Virus record (IMG/VR): IMGVR_UViG_3300047561_001243
Coordinates: 1-64,000 of that record
DNA length: 64,000 nucleotides
Direction: 5' to 3' (one strand)
DNA from: a virus
Lineage: Duplodnaviria; Caudoviricetes
The notes beneath the pieces are model-generated. The model made no database searches. It saw only the letters and a list, made by a program, of their open reading frames with translations, and had not been told where the DNA came from. Position numbers and translations under genes: made by a program. How positions within the stretch are numbered: the stretch's first letter is position 1; every line of letters starts with the position of its first letter. Shown here in pieces: positions 38,561 through 47,859 of the stretch.

Positions 38561-39124
38561 TTGGTAACGCCAGTAGAAGTTTTTTTAAGCCGAGCAGAGT
38601 ACAAGCAGGCAATAGATGTTGGAGTTGAGAGAAGTTTTAAGCATAGACATGAAGACGGCGAGCGCCTTGGAACTACTTACAGGACTGGACGAAAGCTTCC
38701 AGATATTGCAGGGGAGATTTTGGCTTGTATGGCAGAGCTAGCTGTTGCTAAATTTTATGAGACTGAATGGAACTCAGTCCCTTGGGATTTAAACATTCAC
38801 TCAGATATGAAACGAGCCCCAGACGTTGAGCCTAACTTTGAAGTCCGCCGTATTAATGACCGCGGAGGCGCACTCTCACTTCGCCATGATGATGAGCGTT
38901 CTAAGGTAGCCGTGCTGGCTTATGTAGACTGGGAGAACTCACAAAAGGTTGTCTTGATAGGTGGAATCCTTGTTGCAGATGCTATGGACTTATCTGTTGA
39001 GTCTAGTAAAGCCGTTCAAGGCGACAATTACATTCACTTTACTAAAGACAATAACTACGTAGTTATGCAGGACGGGCTTTATGATGTCCGTACATTTGAC
39101 CCTGTTTTAACAAAGAATCGCTAA
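38561..39124 (+). CDS. Hypothetical protein, possibly PD-(D/E)XK-like
   Basis: AGGAG RBS; AELAVAK...PDV...EVR pattern. Confidence 0.5.
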   Translation: MVTPVEVFLSRAEYKQAIDVGVERSFKHRHEDGERLGTTYRTGRKLPDIAGEILACMAELAVAKFYETEWNSVPWDLNIHSDMKRAPDVEPNFEVRRINDRGGALSLRHDDERSKVAVLAYVDWENSQKVVLIGGILVADAMDLSVESSKAVQGDNYIHFTKDNNYVVMQDGLYDVRTFDPVLTKNR

Positions 39125-39136
39125 TAAACTAGGTAT

Positions 39137-39283
39137 ATGCCTAATGCACCCAAGACACCTACGCGCACCATCCGAGTCGCAGACGACCTATGGAAGTCCG
39201 TGCAGTACAAAGCCGCTAAAGATGGCGTTACAGTTACCAGTATTATTATTGCAGCCCTGGAAGCATACCTAAAAGATGAGTAA
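39137..39283 (+). CDS. Ribbon-helix-helix DNA-binding protein (48 aa, below the ORF-track cutoff)
   Basis: MPNAPKTPTRTIRVADDLWKSVQYKAAKDGVTVTSIIIAALEAYL has the RHH pattern; TAAACT 6 nt before the ATG. Confidence 0.75.
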   Translation: MPNAPKTPTRTIRVADDLWKSVQYKAAKDGVTVTSIIIAALEAYLKDE

Positions 39284-39419
39284 GCACCTAGACAAAATTA
39301 AAAAAGCTTTAGAACAACGAATTAGCTCGACGCCAAACGGTGCTGGCTATAAAAAACCTGGAAGCATGAATAAGAAAAAAACAGGCTACAGGGGACACAG
39401 GGCCAAAGGGGCCAATTGA
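39276..39419 (+). CDS. 47-aa basic hypothetical protein
   Basis: MSKHLDKIKKALEQR...GYKKPGSMN; overlaps the RHH stop. Confidence 0.5.
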   Translation: MSKHLDKIKKALEQRISSTPNGAGYKKPGSMNKKKTGYRGHRAKGAN

Positions 39420-39420
39420 T

Positions 39421-39449
39421 TTGACAGCAGTACACCCAACGCATATTGT
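39421..39449 (+). promoter_or_regulatory. Housekeeping-sigma promoter
   Basis: TTGACA-17 nt-TATTGT. Confidence 0.7.
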
Positions 39450-39475
39450 TGGGCATGAATCTAAGGGGGGTTCTT

Positions 39476-39883
39476 ATGGATACTACACAAATCCAAGCAT
39501 ATATTCGACAGTACGCTGGTCTTAGAGACCAGCTTAAAGAAACAACAGAGCGTCAATCACAAATTAAAACACTACTGGAACAAGAAATTGATGCCAGTGG
39601 TGAGGTTGACGGCCGTGGTCACATAACTCTTGAAGTTGGGGATGAGACGGTTGGCGTCGCTTCTATTTCAAAACAAAAACGAGTTTCACAATCATTAGAT
39701 ATTGATGTCGCAGAGTCTTTATTAAAAGAAAAAGAACTTTATGATTTATGTATAACAATGGTTCCTCAGATTAACGAGGATGCAATCATGGCTTCTTACT
39801 ATGAGGGCAAGTTGACAGAGGAGGACATTGACAAAATGTTCAACAAAAAAGTTTCCTACGCATTCCTTTTAAACAAGGGGTAA
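39476..39883 (+). CDS. Hypothetical coiled-coil protein
   Basis: AAGGGGG RBS; alternative leaderless ATG at 39455. Confidence 0.6.
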   Translation: MDTTQIQAYIRQYAGLRDQLKETTERQSQIKTLLEQEIDASGEVDGRGHITLEVGDETVGVASISKQKRVSQSLDIDVAESLLKEKELYDLCITMVPQINEDAIMASYYEGKLTEEDIDKMFNKKVSYAFLLNKG

Positions 39884-39885
39884 GT

Positions 39886-40356
39886 ATGGAGAACGAGTTC
39901 ATTGATGACTTGTTTGCTGACGTGGATAAGTTTTATCCCAACAGCAAACGTAAGCGTCGTGAACCTAAGCAGCAGGAGATTATTTCAACTGCTGGTTGGG
40001 ATGCCAAACCTTACATCAAGACATTACCTAACGGATTAGATGTTGAGATGTTTACCATCGGGGCTTTGGCTAATGCGCTTGGTAGACCAATACCAACCAT
40101 ACGACTGTGGATGAAAGAGGGAAACCTTCCTCATTCACCATACAGACTCCCAACAAAAAAAGATGTACATGGCAATGACCACGCAGGTCGCAGGCTTTAC
40201 ACAAGGCCTATGATTGAAGTAGCCATGGAATTATTTACGAGGGCTGGACTTATGAACGGCAAACGTATAGAGTGGTCACAAAACCGTCAGGTATCAAAAG
40301 AGCTTGACGAGGCGTGGAGCAATCTACGCGAAGCCGACAAACTATCAAAGGAATGA
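39886..40356 (+). CDS. MerR-like HTH DNA-binding protein
   Basis: FTIGALANALGRPIPTIRLW..EG.LP...GRRLYT. Confidence 0.7.
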   Translation: MENEFIDDLFADVDKFYPNSKRKRREPKQQEIISTAGWDAKPYIKTLPNGLDVEMFTIGALANALGRPIPTIRLWMKEGNLPHSPYRLPTKKDVHGNDHAGRRLYTRPMIEVAMELFTRAGLMNGKRIEWSQNRQVSKELDEAWSNLREADKLSKE

Positions 40357-40357
40357 A

Positions 40358-41047
40358 ATGACAGCAAACACAGTACCATCTGCTGACAATTACATCGTTG
40401 AAGAGAGTGAATTCTCTGTCGATGAACGTCCAGCGCAAGCAACAAGCACATCATCAGTTGTTGCCTCAGGTTGGGATGCAGCCGACCTAGCAACACCACA
40501 GCAATCAGAAGGTTTTCCTACTGAGTACAAGCATTCTGAGCAACCACAGGTTGTAAAGTTCCTAGACCAAAATGGTCCATTTGCAGTATTCAAGTTGCAC
40601 TTCTTAGCAGGGAAGCCTGGAAAGAAGTCTTACCTTTGCCTAAACACAAACGGTCAGACTAATTGCCCACTTTGCTCAGTACTACACCACAAGCCAGAAG
40701 ATAAGAAAGCATTTTCTGTCGTTAATTTTTCTGCAGAAGGTGGTCCACAGCGTCAGATTCTTGTCGCAACACCACGTTTCTATAAGAACCTACACCTTGC
40801 TCATTTCTCACCACAGGGTCCTTTAACAAAGAACTACTGGTCAATTTCACGCACTGGCAAGATGCAAACAACCGTTTACCACATGCAGGCTATCAAAGCC
40901 CGTGACCTCTCAGAAGATTGGGCTCCGTTAAACGAGACCGATTGTGAGGCATTCGTTGCTACCGCAACACCATTCGAGGCTTCGCTTTACCGCGAAACAC
41001 CGTATGCAGAACTTCTTGAGATTGCACAAGAACAGCTCGGTAGTTAA
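40358..41047 (+). CDS. Single-stranded DNA-binding protein (gp32-like)
   Basis: VKFL...H...SYLC...CPLC zinc-site pattern; ISRTG...TVY; sits next to the polymerase. Confidence 0.65.
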   Translation: MTANTVPSADNYIVEESEFSVDERPAQATSTSSVVASGWDAADLATPQQSEGFPTEYKHSEQPQVVKFLDQNGPFAVFKLHFLAGKPGKKSYLCLNTNGQTNCPLCSVLHHKPEDKKAFSVVNFSAEGGPQRQILVATPRFYKNLHLAHFSPQGPLTKNYWSISRTGKMQTTVYHMQAIKARDLSEDWAPLNETDCEAFVATATPFEASLYRETPYAELLEIAQEQLGS

Positions 41048-41062
41048 CGTACAATAGAGAAC

Positions 41063-41128
41063 ACTGAAGAGGCTTCGGTTATCCCCTTTCTTGAAGCCTC
41101 TTCAGTCTATTAAGGGGAAATAGACGTG
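41063..41128 (+). promoter_or_regulatory. Two-hairpin kissing-loop element over the polA ribosome-binding site
   Basis: 14-bp perfect stem 41063-76/41093-106 with TCCCCTT in its loop; second stem GTCTATT/AATAGAC whose loop AAGGGGA is the SD. Confidence 0.65.
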
Positions 41129-43102
41129 GCATTAATTCTTACAAAAGAAGCCTTGAATGAAATGGTTTCTTATTACCTAACACAAGATGCTTTTGCATTT
41201 GACGTTGAGACAATGGGTGAAGATGCCCTGTTGACTCCAATTAATACCGTTGTATGGATTACTTTATCTACTTATGGGCGCACAGATGTTATTCCCATGG
41301 GGCATCCAAACGGTGAATACGTAGAAACTTTACGCCCACTTACTGGTCAGGGACAAAAAAGAGTGGATGCTGGATTACCAGCACGCCCAAGTGATTATTC
41401 AGTAAGCGATAAGTTAGCAACTAAACTTTTTAGTGAGCCACCTGCGCAGCTTTTTCCCGCAGAAGTTTTTAACGCATTAAAACCTTTATTTTTTAACGAA
41501 AACATTTTAACTATTGGTCACAATTTAATCTTTGACCTTTGCTCTGTCACTAAATACTTTGGCGGTGATGTTCCAGTAGGTCCTTACTTTGATACCATGG
41601 TTGCTTCTTTTATTTATGACAATCGTAACAAAGGTCGTTGCAGTTTAGACGAATGCCTTAAACGAGAGTTGGGGTATGAGATGGTCAAGGGCGTTGGTAA
41701 AGCTATTAATAAGTTTTCTTTTTCTGAGGTTCAAAAGTACGCGTATTTAGATGCAAAGTACACATGGGAACTGTGGAAGAAGTTAATACCAAAATTGGAA
41801 GAGGCTAAAGTTACTAAAGTAATGGCACTGGAGATGGATGTCTTACGCGTTCTTTGCGACATGAAGTTAACTGGCGCCCTTATTGACCAAGTCTCTTTAA
41901 AGATTTTACACGACCAGTTAGAGATTGACATTGATTTAAAGCGTGCTGAGATTTATAAAGCAGCTGGCCGTCATTTTAATATTAACTCAATTCCAGAGCG
42001 TCAAGCTTTGTTATACAAGCCTAAGGCAGAGGGTGGTCGAGGACTAAAGACAACTATTATGACCGTTAAAGGCAAAGATAAAAAAATGAATTCCGAGCAA
42101 GAGATTATCTATACAGATTACTCTACTTCAGCTGAATCACTTGCCGAGAACGCTGGTAAAGACCCACTTGCCAAATTACTAGTTGAGTACGCAGATTTGA
42201 ATAAGTTGATGACAACTTACGTAATCCCCTATCTTGGCGGAGATGTTACTAAAACAGTTAACGGAACTTCTAAAGTTGAGGTGCGCGAAAGCCTGCTTAT
42301 CAACGGACGCATTCATTGTGATTTTGTACAGATTGGTGCAGAAACTGGACGTTTTTCTAGTAAGAACCCTAACCTTCAGAATGTTCCAAACCCAGCCACA
42401 GCTCATGGTAAAGCGATTCGCAATCTTTTTATTTCGCCCGAGGGGTACAAACTTATAGTTGCAGACTACTCACAGATTGAACCAAGAATAATTGCATCCA
42501 TGTCAGGTGACCCAATTATGTTAGAGGCGTATAAAAATAAAGAAGATATTTATACTGCCGTTGCCAAGACAATGGGGGTTAACCGTGCCGCTGGTAAAAC
42601 TTTGGTTCTTGCCATGGCCTATGGTGTTGGTCCAGACAAAATTGCACGCAGTGTTGGCTGTAAACTAAAAGAAGCACGTGAGCTTTTATCAGACTTTTCT
42701 GAGAAGTTTTCTTCTGTAGGTCTTTACAAACTAAAGGTTATTGGTATTGCTAAGAAGAACCGTTACGTTACGACCGTCACAGGTCGCCGTCGTTACCTTC
42801 CAGACATAGTTTCAAGGGACCGAGACCGCCAAGGTACTGCTGAGCGCCAAGCGTTTAACACTGTCATTCAGGGTACTGCAGCCGACATTATGAAAATTGC
42901 CATGGTCAGGGCACATAAAATGATTCCCAAAGAAGCTAGACTGCTTCTTACTGTTCACGACGAGCTTGTTACCATGACCCCAGAACATTTGACCGATGTA
43001 ACCGTTAAGGCAATTAGAGATGCCATGGAGGATATTCACATGTTAAAGATTCCTTTAATTGCAGACATCACCGTTGTTGACCGTTGGGGAGAGGCAAAAT
43101 GA
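41126..43102 (+). CDS. polA: Family A DNA polymerase (3'-5' exonuclease + polymerase)
   Basis: FDVET, GHNLIFD, YAYLDA, TGRFSS.NPNLQN, ADYSQIEPR, R..GK...L...YG and TVHDEL motifs. Confidence 0.95.
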   Translation: MALILTKEALNEMVSYYLTQDAFAFDVETMGEDALLTPINTVVWITLSTYGRTDVIPMGHPNGEYVETLRPLTGQGQKRVDAGLPARPSDYSVSDKLATKLFSEPPAQLFPAEVFNALKPLFFNENILTIGHNLIFDLCSVTKYFGGDVPVGPYFDTMVASFIYDNRNKGRCSLDECLKRELGYEMVKGVGKAINKFSFSEVQKYAYLDAKYTWELWKKLIPKLEEAKVTKVMALEMDVLRVLCDMKLTGALIDQVSLKILHDQLEIDIDLKRAEIYKAAGRHFNINSIPERQALLYKPKAEGGRGLKTTIMTVKGKDKKMNSEQEIIYTDYSTSAESLAENAGKDPLAKLLVEYADLNKLMTTYVIPYLGGDVTKTVNGTSKVEVRESLLINGRIHCDFVQIGAETGRFSSKNPNLQNVPNPATAHGKAIRNLFISPEGYKLIVADYSQIEPRIIASMSGDPIMLEAYKNKEDIYTAVAKTMGVNRAAGKTLVLAMAYGVGPDKIARSVGCKLKEARELLSDFSEKFSSVGLYKLKVIGIAKKNRYVTTVTGRRRYLPDIVSRDRDRQGTAERQAFNTVIQGTAADIMKIAMVRAHKMIPKEARLLLTVHDELVTMTPEHLTDVTVKAIRDAMEDIHMLKIPLIADITVVDRWGEAK

Positions 43103-43608
43103 GTCGTTTATTTGATTGGTTTAAAAAGAAAAAAGACCAAGAACCTTTATTTGATTTAGAAAGTGCGCCAGAAGCAGAGTTTCTTGCTGGTACTACTTTA
43201 ATGCGTTGGTATTTATACGACCTAGACGTTGCAAATCCAGAAGCATTGGCAAGCCGTTTAGCGCTTCCATATATTAGTGAAGAAGGCTCTGAAAAAGAAA
43301 AACAAGATAGTGATATTCGCATGAGCCTAGTAGAAAACTATGAGCCTTTTATAAAAATGATGGCTGAGATAAGTGGAACTGTTATTAACAAAATACAAGA
43401 CGAATACTTTGAAAACCATCTTAGGGACCACTTTCCAGACGTAACCGAGGAAGAAATTGTTTCCCTGAGGGAAGTTAGGGCTGAGAACGCAGAGTTTTTT
43501 GACCAAATAGGTTTTGCAGCAGCGTTATTTACGTTATCCGTAGGCTTTCATGTAGGATTATTCCTTCCAGGACCCGTACTACAAACAAAGGAAATAGATG
43601 AGCTCTAA
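43099..43608 (+). CDS. Hypothetical protein
   Basis: ATGA overlap with polA; GGGAGAGG RBS. Confidence 0.6.
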   Translation: MSRLFDWFKKKKDQEPLFDLESAPEAEFLAGTTLMRWYLYDLDVANPEALASRLALPYISEEGSEKEKQDSDIRMSLVENYEPFIKMMAEISGTVINKIQDEYFENHLRDHFPDVTEEEIVSLREVRAENAEFFDQIGFAAALFTLSVGFHVGLFLPGPVLQTKEIDEL

Positions 43609-43957
43609 TTGGTGGGCAAGCAAACTCGGTGGTCAACCAACCACCACATCAGCACCAGTACAGGCATCCCCTCAGTACCAGATGCCACAGTCACAACCTG
43701 TCCCAATGCAACAACCTCCATTCATACCATCACAGCAACAAGTATCTCGTTGCCCTGGTTGTGGTAGTGGTAACTATGGCGGAACAACTGAGTCCCGCCC
43801 ACGTTGCTACGATTGCGGGTATCCAATCCAACAATCAGGTAGCGGTGTTGGTAAGGGAATTACAGGCGGACCACAAGCAACAGGTCCAACTCAAGCAGCA
43901 GTACAAGTGCCAACGGGCGGTTGGAATCCACAAGGAATCATTGGACGTATTGAATAA
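43598..43957 (+). CDS. Pro/Gln-rich zinc-ribbon protein
   Basis: CPGCGSGNY...RCYDCGYP. Confidence 0.65.
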   Translation: MSSNWWASKLGGQPTTTSAPVQASPQYQMPQSQPVPMQQPPFIPSQQQVSRCPGCGSGNYGGTTESRPRCYDCGYPIQQSGSGVGKGITGGPQATGPTQAAVQVPTGGWNPQGIIGRIE

Positions 43958-45018
43958 TGAAAACATCAGGAGCGTTACTAAAAGCAATTAACAGTATTAA
44001 TAAGAAGTTAGGCGATGACACAATTGTTAAAGCTTCTGATGTTCGTAAAGACGTGGCAGCTCGTTTTCCAACAGGTTCGTTAGCACTAGATTGCGCTCTT
44101 GGTGGCGGTTGGCCAGTAAATCAATGGCATGAATTAGTTGGAGAAGCCAGTAACGGTAAGACAGCTATTGCTTTAAAAACTATTGCAGCTAATCAAAAGC
44201 GAGACCCCGATTTCACCACCGTGTGGGTAGCAGCTGAACAATGGGTGCCATCATATGCAGAAATGTGTGGGGTAGATACTTCCCGTGTATACGTCATAGC
44301 AGATAACAGACTAGAGGAGGCTTTAGATGCCGTTGTTGAAATCGTTCAAACCAAGGATGTGGATTGCATTGTTGTTGATAGCCTTCCTGCCCTCGTTCCT
44401 AACGCAGAAGATGAGAAAGAAATGGGCGAAGCAACGGTAGGTCGTGCCGCCCTTGGACTTAATAAGTTTTGGAGAAAGATTGGTAAGGCGTCACGTAGAA
44501 GCTTGGTTCATGAAGAGAGACCATTTATTGGCCTCATGGTCAACCAGTGGCGTTCAAAGATTGGGGCATATGGAGACCCTAGAACAACCCCTGGAGGCCA
44601 AGGCAAAGACTATGCCTATTTCACACGTTTAGAGATTAAACGCGATGACTGGATTAAACAGGGCACAGGTTCTGACGCCCCAAAGGTTGGGCAAACCATC
44701 AAAGTTAGAGTGTTAAAGAACAAGACAACAGCACCTCAACAGGTAGCCATGTTGGACTTTTATTTTTCAAACACAGAGAGATTTGATGCTGGAGATTTTG
44801 ATTCAGCTAAAGAAATTTTGGCGCTAGGTATTATCAACAAAGTCATTGTCCGAGCAGGCGCTTACTATCGGTATGCCGAGCGTCAATGGATGGGGCAAGA
44901 TGCTATGCTTGCGTCATTGAGGGAAGAAATTGACCTCAAAGAGACACTGGAGAAGGACGTTCTAAACAGCGTTCTGTTGAGCTCAAAGTATGTTGCTGAT
45001 TCTTCCGATGAAGAGTAA
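43957..45018 (+). CDS. recA: RecA-family recombinase
   Basis: PTGSLALD.ALGGG.P, GEASNGKT, VVDSLPALVP, NQWR.KIG..YGDP.TTPGG and KNKT.AP motifs. Confidence 0.95.
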   Translation: MKTSGALLKAINSINKKLGDDTIVKASDVRKDVAARFPTGSLALDCALGGGWPVNQWHELVGEASNGKTAIALKTIAANQKRDPDFTTVWVAAEQWVPSYAEMCGVDTSRVYVIADNRLEEALDAVVEIVQTKDVDCIVVDSLPALVPNAEDEKEMGEATVGRAALGLNKFWRKIGKASRRSLVHEERPFIGLMVNQWRSKIGAYGDPRTTPGGQGKDYAYFTRLEIKRDDWIKQGTGSDAPKVGQTIKVRVLKNKTTAPQQVAMLDFYFSNTERFDAGDFDSAKEILALGIINKVIVRAGAYYRYAERQWMGQDAMLASLREEIDLKETLEKDVLNSVLLSSKYVADSSDEE

Positions 45019-45349
45019 GGGACAGAAAGAGTCAAAGAAACACGAGGTACGACTCGCTAAAGAAATCGGTGGGAAACGAAACGCTGGGAGTGGCGCTTTC
45101 TGGAGTCGGAAGGGTGATGTTAGAGCCGCTAATGTTCTTATTGAACATAAGTGGACTGGCAAAACTCAATTTACCGTCAAAGCGGTAGAACTTGAGAAGA
45201 TAGTTACAGAAGCAATTCTGGACCATCGCACACCCGTCCTCGGATTCCATCTCAACGGTGAAAACTATGTGATGCTTACTGAAGACGATTTCCTTGAGTT
45301 CTACCATAAACTCCAGGAGCATCTTAATTGTACAAAGGCGACGAGCTAG
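45008..45349 (+). CDS. Hjc-like PD-(D/E)XK Holliday junction resolvase
   Basis: HE.RLAK..GG.R.AGSGA....GDV.....IEHK. Confidence 0.7.
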   Translation: MKSKGQKESKKHEVRLAKEIGGKRNAGSGAFWSRKGDVRAANVLIEHKWTGKTQFTVKAVELEKIVTEAILDHRTPVLGFHLNGENYVMLTEDDFLEFYHKLQEHLNCTKATS

Positions 45350-45636
45350 ACCGTTGGGAAAATCATGCTAAGTGTCGAGGGTTAGATACAGAACTTTGGT
45401 TTCCACCCAGAGATAAAGCAAAATATAAAGACATTGCCGATAAAGCAAAGGCTATCTGTCTAGGTAAGGATGGTAAACCTGAATGTCCAGTGCGCAAAGA
45501 GTGTTTGCTCTACGCGCTTAAAATGGACGAACAACACGGTATCTGGGGTGGGTTAAGCCACAGAGAGCGCAACGCTTTACAACGTAAGGCAACTCGTAAT
45601 AAGATGTCTGTTAAGGAATGGATATCAAACAACTAA
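45328..45636 (+). CDS. whiB: WhiB-family Fe-S transcription factor
   Basis: W...AKC...WFP...AKAIC...CPV..ECL.YAL....GIWGG....ER. Confidence 0.9.
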   Translation: MYKGDELDRWENHAKCRGLDTELWFPPRDKAKYKDIADKAKAICLGKDGKPECPVRKECLLYALKMDEQHGIWGGLSHRERNALQRKATRNKMSVKEWISNN

Positions 45637-45645
45637 AGGGGAATC

Positions 45646-46530
45646 ATGTCAGTCAAACCATCCAGCACTATGAAGAAGTTCTTAGAGGCGGGTAAAGCAG
45701 ATACTCGAGTATTAGGTAAAGCTGAGCGCCACATTCTTAGTCGACCACTTGATACATCACGTAGAACAGATGTTTTGCACCCATCAGAAATGTCTAAGGT
45801 AGCTACATGGTGCCACCGTGCATCTTATTTTCAAATTTTAGGTTACGCCCCACCACCACGTAAGACACGTATTGGCTTGCAAACTCAGATGGTGTTTGAC
45901 GAGGGACATTACATTCACGCTAAATGGCAAAAACTTTTTGCTGAAATGGGGATTCTTTACGGTACTTGGAAGTGTTGGGTTAAGGGTTGCACAGGCCGCG
46001 AGTGGGGTATGCCTTATCCAGAGTGCCCTAATGGTCACGGACTAATGGAAAACTACGCAGAAGTCCCATTGTCTTACGCACCTTTACACTTTGGAGGTCA
46101 TGCCGACGGTTGGATTGTTGGTTGCGGTGAGGGCATGCTGCTTGAAATTAAATCAGTTGGTGAAGGAACTTTTCGTTGGGAAGCACCAGAGATGCTTTAC
46201 GATAACGATAATGATATTAAAAAAGCTTGGAAAGCTTTAGAGACTCCTTTTGCAAGTCACATTTACCAAGCACAAATTTATTTAAAGTTGCTTGAATTAA
46301 TTGATAACCCAGATGCACGCGAGCATCCAATCCCTCAACAGATTTTGTTTTTGTACGAGTCAAAGGCAACCCAGGAATATAAAGAGTTTGTTATTCCCAA
46401 ATCAGACTTTGGCATTACGGAAATTTTTGATGCCTGTCAGGTAATTGCCGATTGCGTTAAAGCAAAGTCAGCCCCAGCGTGTAACGTTAAGGGCTCAGAA
46501 CTGTGCTCATCATGCAAAGGTTACCTATGA
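45646..46530 (+). CDS. Cas4-like/RecB-family exonuclease
   Basis: HPSE..C.R, G..IH, GHADG, LEIKS, Q..IY motifs and C-terminal C...C..C Fe-S-like cysteines. Confidence 0.8.
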   Translation: MSVKPSSTMKKFLEAGKADTRVLGKAERHILSRPLDTSRRTDVLHPSEMSKVATWCHRASYFQILGYAPPPRKTRIGLQTQMVFDEGHYIHAKWQKLFAEMGILYGTWKCWVKGCTGREWGMPYPECPNGHGLMENYAEVPLSYAPLHFGGHADGWIVGCGEGMLLEIKSVGEGTFRWEAPEMLYDNDNDIKKAWKALETPFASHIYQAQIYLKLLELIDNPDAREHPIPQQILFLYESKATQEYKEFVIPKSDFGITEIFDACQVIADCVKAKSAPACNVKGSELCSSCKGYL

Positions 46531-47009
46531 TTACGCTGAAGACAGGGCCTGGTAGTAAAGCTGTTGTTGAGGATTTAGTTCAACAAGGCTACGGCCCCTC
46601 CACAGCATTTAATGATTCAGTCCCCCGCCTCCCACAAGACTTAACCGAAATATCAGACCAGGATTTAATGTCTTTGTTTCAAGTCTTTATTGAGTACAAC
46701 AATTTTATGCTGCTTCAGCTGTCCTGCGCTCGCGTAGATGAGGAGACAGCACTTAAGCTGTTAGAAAAGGCCCAAGCAAAAATTTTGGTTGAAGCCCCCA
46801 AAGGCGAAACAGTAGCCAAGACAAAAGCAAAAATGATTTTAGACACTGGCCTTGAACTAATGGATTCAGATTATCAAGTTCGCCATAATTATCATGAAAT
46901 TCTTAAAAGTATGCAAGCTGGCGTAGCCGAAAGCACCAAGGTTGTTAGCCGTGAAATTACCCGTAGAACTTCAGGAAGTTTTAACTCTAAACAGCGCATG
47001 ATGACATGA
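46527..47009 (+). CDS. Hypothetical helical protein
   Basis: ATGA overlaps at both ends; coiled-coil ending in VSREITRR. Confidence 0.55.
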   Translation: MITLKTGPGSKAVVEDLVQQGYGPSTAFNDSVPRLPQDLTEISDQDLMSLFQVFIEYNNFMLLQLSCARVDEETALKLLEKAQAKILVEAPKGETVAKTKAKMILDTGLELMDSDYQVRHNYHEILKSMQAGVAESTKVVSREITRRTSGSFNSKQRMMT

Positions 47010-47545
47010 AAGTTTTTTATAAAGGCGTTGTGGACGAACATCCAGTATTTCTTGGGATTGACCAGTCCTACAGTGGTTTTGCAATAACAGCTTATGTAAA
47101 CGATGAAAACTATTATACTGAGGTATATAAATCTGATAAACGCGGGATAGAACGTTTACGTGACATTCAATCACATGTAATGAACTGGCTTCACGAATTT
47201 GACAACATTTCAGATGTAGCAATGGAGGGCTATGCATTTGGCTCACAAATGGCTAACATGCTTGGAGAACTTGGTGGCATGGTCAAGTTAACATTGTTAG
47301 ATTTTGGCATTTACCCTTTAATAGTTCCCCCAACTAGCCTTAAAAAGTACGTAACTGGTAAAGGAAATGGGATTTCTAAAAGTCAGATGCTTTTGTACGT
47401 GTATAAGAAATGGGGCGCTGAGTTTACTGACGATAACGCAGCAGATTCCTATGCTTTAGCAAGACTGGTATCTGGCAAACATTCAACCGAGTATGAAAAA
47501 GAAATTTACGGCAAGCTTTCGGACCCTAAATTTAGGGAAAAGTAG
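47006..47545 (+). CDS. RuvC-like resolvase
   Basis: LGIDQS, VAMEGY, ELGG, P..LKK.VTGKGN and DNAADS motifs. Confidence 0.85.
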   Translation: MKVFYKGVVDEHPVFLGIDQSYSGFAITAYVNDENYYTEVYKSDKRGIERLRDIQSHVMNWLHEFDNISDVAMEGYAFGSQMANMLGELGGMVKLTLLDFGIYPLIVPPTSLKKYVTGKGNGISKSQMLLYVYKKWGAEFTDDNAADSYALARLVSGKHSTEYEKEIYGKLSDPKFREK

Positions 47546-47859
47546 TGAACCTTCCCAAGCCTGATTCGGTCAATTTTTCTGGCATGTCTATTAAAGACCA
47601 AAATAAATACTACGCCCGACACGTTCGTGGATTAATCACATTTGTCCTACAACAATCAGATTTTCCTGATAAGTTTCGCGATGCATTAGAAACTATAGAC
47701 GATTACACATTTTACTTGTGTGACGAGATTGGGACGGGATTCATGGAAGAAGATAACTTTTGCGAAGATAAAGGCTGCGATGGCGTTTGCGATTGCGGTA
47801 ACGGTACGGTTACTATTGAGCCATGGGAACAACAAGAGCCGTTAGAAGAAGATGAATGA
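47545..47859 (+). CDS. Hypothetical protein with a Cys-rich acidic C-terminus
   Basis: CEDKGCDGVCDC; coupled to neighbours. Confidence 0.5.
   Translation: MNLPKPDSVNFSGMSIKDQNKYYARHVRGLITFVLQQSDFPDKFRDALETIDDYTFYLCDEIGTGFMEEDNFCEDKGCDGVCDCGNGTVTIEPWEQQEPLEEDE

Noticed and set aside
45646-46530. CRISPR-Cas locus
   Set aside because: This is a solo Cas4-like nuclease in a recombination block, with no other cas genes or array.
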